Both the position numbers and the translations under genes were made by a program. Below are positions 49,822 to 62,265 of a stretch of 64,000 nt of DNA, piece after piece. Location: the NCBI GenBank assembly GCA_051294905.1, contig CM119372.1:38070001-38134000 (forward strand), in the 5' to 3' direction. Under the pieces are notes generated by a model. It saw only the letters and a program-made list of their open reading frames with translations. It had not been told where the DNA came from and searched no databases. The stretch comes from Botryllus schlosseri. Taxonomy: Eukaryota. The first letter of the stretch is position 1, and each line of letters opens with the position of its first letter.

Positions 49822-51109
49822 TTGATGAGCAACAAATATAGAGCAACGATCGGGACTCTATATGCAACTATACTACATTACCGTTGAATAAACTGATTGT
49901 ATTGAGTATATCTGTTACGAAGAGCTTCACTACAAAGCAACGGGACTTCTCGAGTTAAGTATTCCAGTATAGCCGAAATCCCAAGATCCGCCAGAACACG
50001 CGCATCGAGCCCGGCGAAAAGCCCACCCAAGACCAATCCACTCAAGTCCGACGCAGAACAAGCAAAGACCACAAATAACTCCGCAATTGGCGAACTGCCG
50101 CCGTACAATCCCGCCTGCGCGACAAACCACCGAGAAGACAAGCGTGACCGATCTCAATAGAAAACAATGAGCTTTTGATCCACCCTACAAGTCACTCTCT
50201 CGATGTATTCACTATTTATATTATATTATATTCGTATTGTGCTTACGAAGGCCAATGAGTGTTACTCTCCGCCTCACATTCACCGCATTGGCAGTTAGAA
50301 TTCTCCGAACTTTGGAGGCATTTTCAGCAAATTTAGATTTACCTGCTAGGACTAGACCTACCTCTTATAAGCAATCAATTCTATAATAGCCTACGAAAAT
50401 CTGTGGAACCATACAGCAACCACTCATCGTCATGGACATTTGCAAGGGCGATGACGACTGAAGTGAACGATAAAATGGTATGTATCTGCCTTTGTGTCAT
50501 ATCTCACTTGATTTGACTTTGTATAGGAAGCAACTGTGATAGTATCAAATATCACATTCGATGGTGATAGCTTGTTTTGTCTGTAATAGAATCGACCAAA
50601 TACGTTGTGACATAGACCAATTCACAGTTTAACACCTTTAATTTTTCATACATCTAAAAAGAATGGTAGGAAGAGTTTGCATTCATTGATAATGAAGGTA
50701 AGCCACTGCGCCTTATCTGTCTATCAAAATTCGCTCAATAATTACAAAGCTAGTAACTAGAAACAAACAAACACGAAACCAAACACCAAATCTTTGCCAC
50801 GAGCTACCAACAAAGACAGCAGATTTGCGGAGTGTTACGATTACCGAGCTATGCACTGCTTTGACGTCATATCAGTCCGATTTCAAACACCTCGCAGCCC
50901 AGGCGGAGACGCATCGTTAACCGCACACTGATAAACTTCATTCGATAGCCTACATTTCTTTGCGACGGAATAATTCATATTTTTGTGTCGTTGTGGCTCT
51001 ATTAAGACTGAGATTTTTGATATGCGGTTCGCGCATGAAGCAGCTCTACCCACCCCTGGTATATACGGTATTATAAAATAGATTTCGTAGCTTTATCGTA
51101 CCAAACAAT

Positions 51110-51426
51110 TAGTGCGGAGCGGATCAACAAATTCTCTGATCCGGCTCCGGCCAAAAATGAAAAAGTCCGGTCGGGAATCCGGCCAAAACACGGTACTGTG
51201 GTTCCGTGAATTTATAAATATGACTCGTTTATTTTCGTACTGGCTTGGGGGTTACTTGCGTGTGGTTGATTGGTTAGTTGGTAGTTATTTATTTACAAAC
51301 GTCATACTTATCCATAAAGATTCTGGCCTTATCAAAAAAGTACTGATCCGGCTCCGATCCGGTCCGACCATAACTGAAGAAATCCGGCCGGATATCCAAT
51401 CTGGCTCCGGTCCATGCTCCGCATTA
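51110..51426. mobile_element. hAT-like MITE with TCCGG repeats
   Basis: TIR TAGTGCGGAGC / GCTCCGCATTA; perfect TSD CAAACAAT. Confidence 0.88.
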
Positions 51427-51762
51427 CAAACAATGCACTGCTGGGTTGTAGCCAACTAGCCGGTCGTCTCAAAATTCCGTGTGGGCAGGCTATTTACGTT
51501 CACAATGCACCACAATGCCTTAGCCCAGTGCTTCCCAACCGCGTCCGCTTGGGGGAAACAGTTTTAACACGAAGTTGGATCCACGAAATGAAGAGCGGCA
51601 TGAGAGTGAAAAGACGTGATTTTGAAGTTGGAAGAAGGCAAGTAACAGAATTCAAGTGAGCTGCGAGACGGGCTACAATCAGTAGGACATGCATAATGCA
51701 TATGCTGACTTTGCACGTGAATATTTTGACAGATTTCTGATGCGCAATCGCATGCTGCCGAG

Positions 51763-52324
51763 TAGAGGTCGACCGATATTGATTTTTACAGGCCGATACC
51801 GATACCGATATATCGGCTCACTCACAAGGCCGATACCGATATCATAGGCCGATATTAATATGGAAGGAGCAGAGAACAATTTCACCAAAAATATTATATA
51901 TTAGGCAAGATGGCACTTGTACATGCCACAGAAAGCTGAACAACAAACGAGAAAGCTGAAATTGAAAATAATTATTGCTTAATTTTGCACATTCGATGAA
52001 ATTTGGGATAACCCAAAAAGCAAAATATGATACAGAATTGCAGATCAGTCCAGAAAAGGTAGGTTGTAATGCAGGAAGCATAGTTTCTCTGCATGCTTAC
52101 CCAGCTAAACTCGACCTGCAAGAGTAAATCTGTCATATATCGCCCTTTGCGTCGTCGATTTCTTGAGATTGAGAACACGGAGCATTGAATTTCCGAAATT
52201 TTTGAATTTTTTAAATATAAAATATCGGCCGCGATATCGGCCTTCATAGGCCGATATCGATAATCGGGAAAGCTCTAAATATCGGCCTCGATAATCGGCC
52301 ATGTCGATAATCGGTCGACCTCTA
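51763..52324. mobile_element. hAT-like MITE with CCGATA/TATCGG repeats
   Basis: TIR TAGAGGTCGACCGAT / ATCGGTCGACCTCTA; perfect TSD CTGCCGAG. Confidence 0.9.
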
Positions 52325-53001
52325 CTGCCGAGGCTGATACTCATCCTGAAAATCAAAACACAATTTAACTGATATATATTTATTTTGTTTATTTCACCAT
52401 TTGGAAAATCACCCCGGTACAAATTAAAATACAGCGGCATCACACTTTATAGGGCGCGGCAATTTTATGACGAAATAAAATGCACCAGAAATGCACTATG
52501 AAGTCAATGTAAAGGTAGATCCGTAGGGCATATATCTAATACATGAAATAACATTGTAAACTAAGAGACTTTGCACATGCATATTACATATGAAGTAACT
52601 TAACATCAATACCGTTAAAAGCAGGTATAAATAGGCAATTAAGCATGGTGAATATTGCACAGTCAACACCGATAGGGCATTATACTGGTTATATAGAGGA
52701 GGTTAAACCGACATGGAATGTGACGGCACTGAATGAATTCAACTCGCGTAAAACAGACTTCCCATAATAACCCTTGCCAGGTCAACGTCGAATATGGCCT
52801 CGCTCAAAATTTTCAACATCATTATTAATGTCAGTGTGTTAACACCTTAGTGTGACGGCAGAAGGCATATAAATTATATTCATCCAATGTTTGCCGGTGG
52901 AACTTACACTACGCGATATATATTACTATCCATTGTGCAATTAGATGACGGTGCTACGGTCGAACTACAAATAGCCATTTTTTCGAGGCAAGGATGATTG
53001 A

Positions 53002-53442
53002 TCACAGACATTGACATTGCCTGGTCATGTCTTTTACGTCAATGGAAGCGTAGTAATACAGAAACTGGTGGAGAATACCACCAAGGATGAAGAACAGCAA
53101 AAACGTGAGCAGACCATCAATCTGGTATCGCAGAATGATGAGCAGTGTCATCGTTGTGCACATAATACCGTAGCAAATCAAGAATTTGATGACGATCGCT
53201 TTGAGTTGTAGCAGCACCTGACCTTCTCTTTCTTTTGCGGCTGGACTTTGACGCACGGTTGTATCTGACCTTTTCTTGACCAGGAAACGAACTATTGCGA
53301 TGCATAAGCCGATGATCACGATAGTGGGCACCAGGGATGACCAGATAGTGCTTTTCGAGACTCCGAATCCCTCCGACAACTTTAGTGTCTGAGGAAAACT
53401 CCCTCCGACTACGAAGAGCTCAATCATCAATGCCCGAAACAT
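53002..53442 (-). CDS. Rhodopsin-like GPCR C-terminal half (TM5-ICL3-TM6-TM7); terminal exon or pseudogene
   Basis: Three hydrophobic helices with class-A spacing: LVPTIVIIGLCIAIVRFL, basic loop KEREGQV, AIVIKFLICY, and GILHQFLYYYAS (degenerate NPxxY). In-frame stop just upstream. Confidence 0.55.
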   Translation of the reverse strand: MFRALMIELFVVGGSFPQTLKLSEGFGVSKSTIWSSLVPTIVIIGLCIAIVRFLVKKRSDTTVRQSPAAKEREGQVLLQLKAIVIKFLICYGIMCTTMTLLIILRYQIDGLLTFLLFFILGGILHQFLYYYASIDVKDMTRQCQCL

Positions 53443-54607
53443 CAGACATTACAGAGACTGCTCAACGAAAATGTCTTGCTAGATCACTAGGTTGAGATAG
53501 CTCGTGGCCAATCATACCATTTTACCCGTATCATTAGAGTGGCAAGCATGGTACACTTGGTAATGTGTTTTACCAAATAAATGTGATAATATGGTTAGCC
53601 TTATAGTATTGTCTACTCTCCAGTTCCAAATTGTTGTGCAGATGGCTGATTTTTATGCACTTGGCAATCATTCTTGCATGTTACCCGTCATATTACAACT
53701 TTACTAGGTGTCAACTGTGTGTGTTTTGGCTTGTAATCAATATGGTCTTCTGGTCAGAGCTATCCAAAGATATCGGGGACAAAAGTTACAACACTCCGAA
53801 AATTTATCTGTAGTAAACTCCGACTCCGCTCCGACTGGCACAAAATCGGCAAAACTCCGCTCCGAATACACTCCGACTCCGCTCCGATGCTCATCACTGG
53901 TGGGCACAAAAACACCCAATAATAATGATATCAGCGGTAATTCTTGCGTCCACATAGCAGGATTGGGGTGATTACCGCTGTCATTTCTCCGAGCACGCCA
54001 AGATCCGGGTTGATGCTCTCTGAGTGATTCGACTCCAGTAAATCTATCAGCATTTCTGATCCTTCTGTGCGTCGTTATCAGCAACTAAATAACTATACCT
54101 ATTGTAATTGACTTTCGCTTTAACACCTGGCGAAGAAGCGGCGCTCAGAAAGCTCGTGTAACGAAGAAAGTTATATTCATTTACGAGTGGATGTTAAATA
54201 GGGCGTGGAAGCTACCAAGATCTTACATTTACCTATTGTAATATAGCTTCCATTAACTCCAAACCCCAACTTACTTGGCAGTAGTTCTACTTACATATCC
54301 AGCGACTGATATTGGAAAATGCAGCAATATATCGAGTTGGATGACGAGAACTTATTGCCGTAGAAAAATTGGAATTATGAATAAAATAGTATTTACGGTG
54401 ACCAATTCTTCAATTATTTATTATAGTGGTGCCAGGCGCGTAGCCAGCCGAAAAATAAGTAGGGGGTTTTAAAATAATAGGGCGGGGTTTCGATATCTTT
54501 CGATTTCATATTTCATATTTTATTTCATATTTCATATTTATTGTGATAAGATATACGTATTGATAACTTATATCATTATATGCACTGCTGCACTGTGATG
54601 CTAGAAA

Positions 54608-55372
54608 ATGTCACAAAGATCCTCGTCCAAAAAGAATGTGGATTACGAAACTATACTATCGAAGCTGGATGCACTTTCAGACAAGATGGATGATCAAAAA
54701 CTACAAAATGGCCAGAAGTTCTCTGAACTCATGAAGGAAATCATAGAACTCAAAAAGAGTGCCGAATTCCTAAACGAAAAATATGAGGAGATAAAAGGTA
54801 AACTTGATACTACGAGCAAGCAACTGTCGAAGGTCGAATCGGAAAATAACTACCTGAAGAAAATTGTACACGACCTCCAAACATCCAACAGAGAGACCAA
54901 TAGAGCAATAAACGATCTGGAGCAATATGGAAGAATAGAATGCATTGAATTGCAAGGAATACCCTACCACGAGAAGGAGTGTACTGAAGATCTTGTAATG
55001 TCAGTTGCCAAAAAAGTAGATGTGACAGTCACAAAGCACGATATAAGTGTTTGTCATAGACTAGCTCAACCAACTGAAGACTATCCTGATCCTATCTTGA
55101 TAGTCAAATTTTGCTCGAGAAGAGTTCGTGACATGATCTACAACAGCAGATCAATACTGCACAAAACTAAAGAAAAAATATACATCAATGAGAGCCTTAC
55201 GAAGACTAACCGAAAAAGATTCAATGCATGCCTAAAATTCAAAAGAGCCAACAAGTTCAAATACATATGGACAAGGCAAGGAGTATCCTACTTGAGAAAG
55301 GACGACGAAAGCCAAATTTGGACAATCAGAAGTGATGATGATCTGACAAGGCATGGCATCCCCCTAGAATGA
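54608..55372 (+). CDS. LINE ORF1p (coiled coil plus L1-like RRM/CTD region), intact 254 aa
   Basis: Heptad-rich N-terminus, then NDLEQYGR..IELQGIP, ISVCHRL, ILIVKF, IYINESLT and KYIWTRQG motifs. Confidence 0.9.
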   Translation: MSQRSSSKKNVDYETILSKLDALSDKMDDQKLQNGQKFSELMKEIIELKKSAEFLNEKYEEIKGKLDTTSKQLSKVESENNYLKKIVHDLQTSNRETNRAINDLEQYGRIECIELQGIPYHEKECTEDLVMSVAKKVDVTVTKHDISVCHRLAQPTEDYPDPILIVKFCSRRVRDMIYNSRSILHKTKEKIYINESLTKTNRKRFNACLKFKRANKFKYIWTRQGVSYLRKDDESQIWTIRSDDDLTRHGIPLE

Positions 55373-55412
55373 ACTGTAACCACTAATTCAGCCTTGATCA
55401 ATAGATAAGAAA

Positions 55413-58400
55413 ATGCCCGTCTTATTTCCATGTGGCTCTTGCCACAAACCATGCAAGTCAAATCAGCCTTGCATTTGCTGTGATATCTGTGACTACTGGA
55501 CTCATTTGAAGTGCACCAAACTGACGACACCGCAATTCAATCTTATCGGAACTACTGATGAGTATTATTATTGCTGCCAATGCCTAAACTCGGAGTTACC
55601 ATTTTCATCACTTGACAACATGCAACTAACTAGGGAATTATCTTATGTCAAAAATTTATCTAGCTCTGACCTACCTAAGGGATTCTCTAATTATTATAGT
55701 ATAGAAGAATTTAATGCTCCTACTGATGATAGCCCTTATATTACTATGCTACATGCTAATGTAAGATCACTTCCTAAAAACAGTGGCTTAGTCACTTTGT
55801 TAATTTCTGAGTTTTCTAGACATCCCGACATACTTGCCATAAGTGAAACGAGATTATCTACTGTCCTTCCTTTTGACGTCCATATTGATGGATATACATT
55901 TATCAATGCAAATTCTCCCACAGTAGTGGGCGGAGTGGGGTTCTATATTAGGAACAATGTCCAATTCCATATCACTTCAGAGTTTGGCCTGAATCTTCAA
56001 GGCTGTGAAGACCTGTGGATTGAAATAACTTTGGTGAATAAAAAAAAGAGAGAAAACATCATAATAGGTGCAATCTACAGACACCCTCACCAATCGATGG
56101 CTCAATTCATAGATGCAATGGAAAATTGCTTCGAGAAGTTGACCCTACAACAAAAAACTTTTTACTTGTTGGGAGACTTCAACATAGACCTCCTTAAATC
56201 AGATAACAAATATTCTGTGGATCTGTCCAACCTAATATCATGTTTCTCGTGTCTTTCATTAATTAAAGATCCAACTAGAATAACTCATAACTCACAGACA
56301 CTAATTGACCTCATATTCACCAACAATCAGGTCGAGCACCAATCCGGAATATTAAGAAGCGATATATCTGATCACTTACCAACTTTCTGTAAAATCATGA
56401 ATGCTTCAGTAGGAGTGAAACACAAGCCTACACTCGTAACTATAGAAATCTCTCGGAGGACAACTTCTCGAATGAACTTTTTGATGTAATAAATGACCTT
56501 GAAGTCGAAAGTAGAACTCAAACTGATGATATAAATAATAACTTTTCATCTCTAATTAATACCATCAACTCCCTAATTGAAAAACATGCACCTCTCCGCA
56601 AAAAAACTCGCAGGGAGATGAGATACGCAAATAAACCATGGCTGACCTCTGCAATCCGAATCTCAATATAGCGACTCGACGCAAACTCTACAAGAGTCAT
56701 TTTCTTTCCGGTGTAGATAGCAAAGTGGAACTGTATAAAAATTACACAAATATATTAACCAAATTGAAGAAAAAGTCGAAGAGCAACTATTACAAGGATC
56801 AATTTTATAAGAACCAAGGTGATCAAACAAAAACATGGGGGCTCTTTAATAAACTTTTTAAATCAACTGAGCAAAAAAAATTTCCAACTTAAATCAGCAT
56901 AGGCAATACAACCGTAACATCTGAACTTGACATATGCAAGGCTTTCAACCAATACTTTGCAAATATTGGCAGAAACCTTGCTGACAAACATGTGCCTACC
57001 AATAACTACAAGAAATATCTCGATAAACCACAACAGAACTCTATCTTTGTCCAGCCAGTCGTTGAGAATGAAGTCATCGCGATAGTTCACTCATTTAAGA
57101 ATGATACAGCCACAGGCCCAGATTGTATTCCAGTCTTTATTCTGAAAGAGATCATATATACAATATTACCTATACTCACTAAACTGATCAATAAATGCTT
57201 CGAGCTTGGGATATTCCCTGATATTTTGAAAGTAGCCAGAGTCACGCCTGTTCTGAAGAAAGGCAATCCTAAAGATCTCACACCAATTATAGACCAATCT
57301 CTATTTTGCCTATTTTTTCTAAAATTATAGAAAAATTAATACTTAAAAGGCTAACTTGCTTCGTTGAGAAATTTAGCATAATATCCAGAAAACAATTTGG
57401 TTTCAGAGAGCGTCACTCAACCCAGCATGCTGTTATAGATAGTATAAATAACATCTCTAAAAACCTTTTCAGTAATCTATCCACCATCTGCATCTTTCTA
57501 GATCTAAAAAAGGCATTTGATACAGTGGATAGATCAATACTCTTGGAGAAATTATCTCACTATGGAGTTAGGGGTAACATGTATAAGCTACTACAGTCCT
57601 ATTTATGTAATAAATGGCAATTTGTTAAAAATGGTGAAGTCTCAACAGATAAGCTCGAAATTGAAATGGATGTACCTCAAGGATCAGTTCTGGGTCCTTT
57701 CCTATTTTTAATTTATATTAATGATATAGACAATGTATCGGACTTCACAATTCAACTGTTTGCAGATGATACATCTCTCATGCTGTCATCTTGTAATACG
57801 ACTGACCTTGAGTATTCATGTAATGCAAATCTAATAAAAATATATGACTGGATGTGTAGCAATAGACTAACAATAAATACTTCAAAAACACACTGTATGT
57901 TCTTTGGTAAAGGTACTCCAAAAGACATAGTACTGAAGCTCAATAATGAAAGACTTACTTTCCAGACGTCTCTATCCTATCTTGGCATAATTATAGATAA
58001 TAAGCTATCCTGGGGTGATCACATTAATTCAATTTGCATTAAACTATCGAAAGCCATAGGAATCTTAAGAAAAGTTCGTTTCCTATTACCACTTTCCACA
58101 CGACTAACAATATATCACACACTCTTCCACTCGCACTTGACTTATGGGGTCGTATTGTGGGGTTCAGCTAAAGCCAAATACTTGAATCGGATTAAAAGCC
58201 TGCAGAATAAAGCAATTAAATTGACTTGTCTCGCCAATCGCAGAGATAGTGTAAATCCTTTATATAGTCGCTTGAACATCTTAAAAGTTGAAGATATTCA
58301 CTTTTATGAAATAGGTAAGCTCATGCATGGCTACTACAATGAGAGCCTACCAGAAATCTTCCTAGACTATTTCACTCATATCACCAGTCACCATTCACAC

Positions 58401-58574
58401 AATACCCGAGGCTCTTCTATGAATCTATTCTTACCCCGAGAACATCCTAAGACTATCAGTTTCCAAGGTCCTCGTATATGGAACTCCATTCCACCCCATA
58501 TTAAAGATAAACCACTCCATATCTTTAAACAAGTGTTTCACGAATATCTTGTAGGAAAATATGAACATTCTTAA
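55413..58574 (+). pseudogene. LINE ORF2 (PHD finger, AP endonuclease, reverse transcriptase) broken by about 3 frameshifts and a stop
   Basis: C4HC3 PHD; ANVRSL, AISET, GDFNID and SDHLP (APE); DLKKAFDTV, PQGSVLGP, LFADD and YLGIIID (RT). Split over ORFs 55413, 56638, 56992 and 57306. Confidence 0.93.
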
Positions 58575-58771
58575 TAAATGTGTCAATCAGCGTCTCTTTG
58601 CCTAGTTTGTGTTCCTGTAGCCAGTGCAATTGTTTTATCTCGTCTATTCAGGTTACCTACTGTGATCCCACTTATTTTTTCATCTGTTTCTGATACATTG
58701 CGTATATGTTATATTTTTTGCTTGCAAATGTGTTATATTATGTGATAAGTTTCATATTACAACCATCCTTT

Positions 58772-58819
58772 CAGGCTGTAGCTGACTTGATGATCTCCCG
58801 ATCCCTTCGCTACAGCCTG
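58772..58819 (+). other. LINE 3'-UTR stem-loop
   Basis: Perfect 11-bp stem CAGGCTGTAGC / GCTACAGCCTG about 70 nt before AATAAA. Confidence 0.7.
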
Positions 58820-59954
58820 GTTTTGAATTATATATACTTTCCTTTGTATTTATCTATACCATGTGTATTATCAATGTTCATGGACCGAATAAATTCTCTC
58901 TTTCTCTCTCTCACTAATATAGCATCAATTCATTATGGTTAAGTACATGCGTAAATGACGATTATACAATATCCTCGTGTTGACGATTATACGCGCATGA
59001 TAAGCTTGTCGATGAGTCCGAAAGTGCTGTTAATTAGCGACTCCCTGATCTGTCGAGAACAAATAAATTACCCTCGCGTCGAACAACTAAATACGCGCGC
59101 TTATCAACGTGTCTTACGTAGCCTCGGCGACGATTTGCGCAAGTCAAAATGTCCGAGTTTTCATGGAATATGCGCTACAATGACGCCGATTTCAGGTGCT
59201 TCAAACCTGTCCTCTTTTAAAACTCAAACCTTGACGCACATCTTCCGATGGTTATGTTCAAGTATTAGCAGAAATCAATTCCGCATGTACTCACGCGTCG
59301 CACATGTTTGCGGACATTCGATGTCATTAAGTTTCGCGAAGTCACTCTTTAATCACAATCGCTAATCAGCATATACTTAACGGCACTGTATCCAAGCTAT
59401 CGAGAGATAGGAGCCAAACCATGCTAGGCCTAAGACGCGATAGTTGGGCTATAGGCTAGCGATGAAGTTAGGCTAACGATGATATATTTTTCGTATTAGG
59501 CCTATTGCAGATGCGATTGTGTAGGCCAGCGATGATATAGTGCACACTACGCAAAGCAGATGCATGATTGTGCAGGCCATCGATGCTATAGTGCGCACTG
59601 CCGGCACCGGGCCTATAGTACAGACGCGATTCTTCGAGCCAGCGGCACTAGGCCTGTTGGAGACGCGATCAATCAGGCGACGATTGCCGAGCGCGTGGTA
59701 ATCAATGACCTGATTGTGCAATCATCTCTGCGGGAGATCGTGTCGCGTTACATTGTGCAGTGCAAGGTGCACCGACAATCTTGCTAATTCGAAACACGCC
59801 TCTCGCTGATTGGACGCGCGCAACACTGATAATACGACTTACTGAATTGCAATCGAGTATTAGCGTCTGAACGGTCATTTCAAAAGCACGGGGTTTCGCG
59901 TTTGAGGAAGGGGTTTCGCGCTTCACATGAAACCCCCCTCTGGCTACGCGCTTG

Positions 59955-60278
59955 AGTGGTGCCCACCGTAAATACTATTTTATTCAAATCCAAATTTTTC
60001 GACGGCAATAACTCCGTCTCCACTGGTTAAAATTGAACCAAATTTGGTGAACATCGTTTCTTTAGAAAACCTAACACTTTCATGGGGTGAACAGAAAATT
60101 TTCAAATTTTTTGTCATTTATTTTTATATAATAAATAAAAACTTTCTTCTCTTGTAGCAATGCGGCTACTGGTTGGAATTGAACCAAATTTTGTGTGTAG
60201 GCTTAAATAAGGTAACCTAACAATTTTATCAAGTAGCCAGTACGATTTGAGGAAAAAAGTCATTTTTGAAGACCCGTA
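59955..60278. mobile_element. Right arm of a palindromic MITE (family of 565-1116)
   Basis: Direct homology to 798-1116. The left-arm remnant is at about 54350-54432. Confidence 0.88.
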
Positions 60279-60339
60279 ATGAACACTCATGTCGTTTTCA
60301 GTCATTCTATCAATATTAACATGACCTGATGCGAGAACT

Positions 60340-60980
60340 TTGTTTGTTAAAAGAGCAGTCTGTCAAGCCTAAAAATTGTACTTTTGCACAATGGAAATAT
60401 ATTTTCTCCTGTACCAATTGGTCATTTTACCAAGATGAAAGAGGAGTATAAAGCTATCAAGTTTGTTTCTGGAAATCTTAACTAAAATATTCATATGAGT
60501 CACAGCTCTTTTCACTTATAAAAGGATAATCTTCCGTGAAGCCAACAAAGTGGGTAGCCTATACCTAGTATCCATCTAAAACGAGAAGCTTAAATCTGGA
60601 ATCTTTGATGGATTTCATATTCGAATACGGACTAAGGATTACAATTTCATATTAAGAAAGGTGGTCACTGCATAGAATCCCTTCTAGGATGTAGTAAATA
60701 AAACTTTTTGGAAGATCACAAAGCACCCAACTACAAATAGTTGGTCCGAGAATTGGTATCTGCATATGGAAACCTTGGAGCAAACATGAACATTAAATAT
60801 CACTTCCTGCTCAGTCATCCTGATATATTTTCTGATAATATTGTTGATTAAGGGAATAGAAAGGGGAAAGTTTCCACCAATACATCAAAACAAGAAAAGA
60901 AAGATATCAGTGCAGATGAGACGAACATATTGTGGCAGTTACATTCCATTATGGCAGACTATTGCTAGAACCTTTCGAAA
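60340..60980 (+). pseudogene. Second decayed, internally deleted Chapaev3-like transposase
   Basis: SLKIVLLHNGNIFSPVPIGHFTKMKEEY...NFLEDHKAPNYK*LVRELVSAYGNLGANMNIKYHFLLSHPDIF...ERYQ...MADYC. Confidence 0.8.
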
Positions 60981-61339
60981 AACTGCACTAAATTGCTCGA
61001 AATCGATAATATAGTTCGGGGGTGGGCAATTATTTTTCTTCGCGGGGCAAATGAGAAGCAGAAATATGTTGGCGGGCCAAGTCAGAAATTTTACAATATC
61101 CCGCGTATTGATTTTATTTCTAAATTGGGAGCAGTGAATTGCAAGAATTGGTGCTCAGTGGATGTTTTGATATTGAGGAATGACAAAGTGACGGTTAATT
61201 ACCTAAAAAAATATTTATTTGCCGTCATATTTTGAAACAATATTAAACATGATACATTTTAAAGTCTCTTTAAACCCCAATCCGCGTTTTTCTATCATTA
61301 CATTAAAATAGATTTGGAATGGCGGAAACAACCCGTCGT

Positions 61340-62160
61340 CATCCCCCAAACGTTGGTCTTGGGCCCCCCATAGAGTTCTAAACCACGCTCCTGGGGGCTT
61401 CGCCCCCAGATCAGCCCCAATCGAGATACACGATGTACGAGATGTCTTGTATACACTAATTGGCAACGTTTATATGCCCTAATCGCACGAAGTGCAGAAT
61501 TTTTCATGATTCATGATTCAATCGCTAAATAATATTGGTAATTGCATATATATTGCTATATTTTTAACCTCTCTCAGCCCACGTAGTGGCCTACTCAGTT
61601 TTACCGCTAGAGCTGAGTGAGGTACTGTCTTGGAAATATTTGGAAGGGCGCGTTACATGTTGTTATTTCGTGACCTCCCGTCTGCTCTGTGAAAAGATAT
61701 TGAAATCGCCAAAGGGTACCAAACTAAAAAGACGCACCCGATTCAGGATTGATATTTCTTCACTTGCAAATATTGCCTATATGCACAATTGGACTTCGTG
61801 GTTTTCAGTCAACATAAGGGCAGTCCTTTTCGGCCAAGGTTTTCTCGGTGTCGAGCTTTCTTCCCTTTACTATAGTTAATTTGATTAGCGTTTACAATTG
61901 CAGTGCCTTCTCTGAATCCGTTGTTGGCCTAAAGTTCATTTATCTTGGTTCGTCGTGGCGCGGTATTGGCTAACGCCGAAATGCCCAATTCTAAAGACCA
62001 TTGATCTCTAAATCGCGCAGAGCGCAAGAAAAATTTGAATGAAGTTGCATAAATTTTCAAAAAAATACCCTATAATTTATGTTCATTCACGAAATAATTT
62101 TGAGTGCCCGTCGAGCTCGCCACCCAATTGGGGGGTTTGGGGTGCGGGAGTTACGGTACT
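61340..62160 (+). repeat. Dispersed repeat body homologous to the interior of 19427-20665
   Basis: Shared blocks CAAACGTTGGTCTT, TATTTCGTGACCTCC, GTACCAAACTAAAA, CCTTTTCGGCCAAGG, CACGAAATAATTT and CCCAATTGGGGG. Confidence 0.8.
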
Positions 62161-62265
62161 GAGGATAATATAGGGCTTATTGTCTTGGTAGCTGGTTTCG
62201 GAGACGTGTGCACTGCGCAGCTTGCCGAAATGTCCTCGTTGTTTAGCCAAGGTTGCAGTTATTAC

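Larger units (their letters stand above)
54493..58912 (+). mobile_element. Near full-length CR1/Crack-group LINE
   Basis: ORF1 plus ORF2 (PHD-APE-RT), a 3' stem-loop, AATAAA and a (CT)n tail. The 5' boundary is approximate. Confidence 0.92.
54433..59954. mobile_element. hAT-like element inserted at the centre of a palindromic MITE and carrying a LINE
   Basis: TIR CAGGCGCGTAGCCAG / CTGGCTACGCGCTTG; perfect TSD AGTGGTGC (54425-54432, 59955-59962). Confidence 0.9.
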
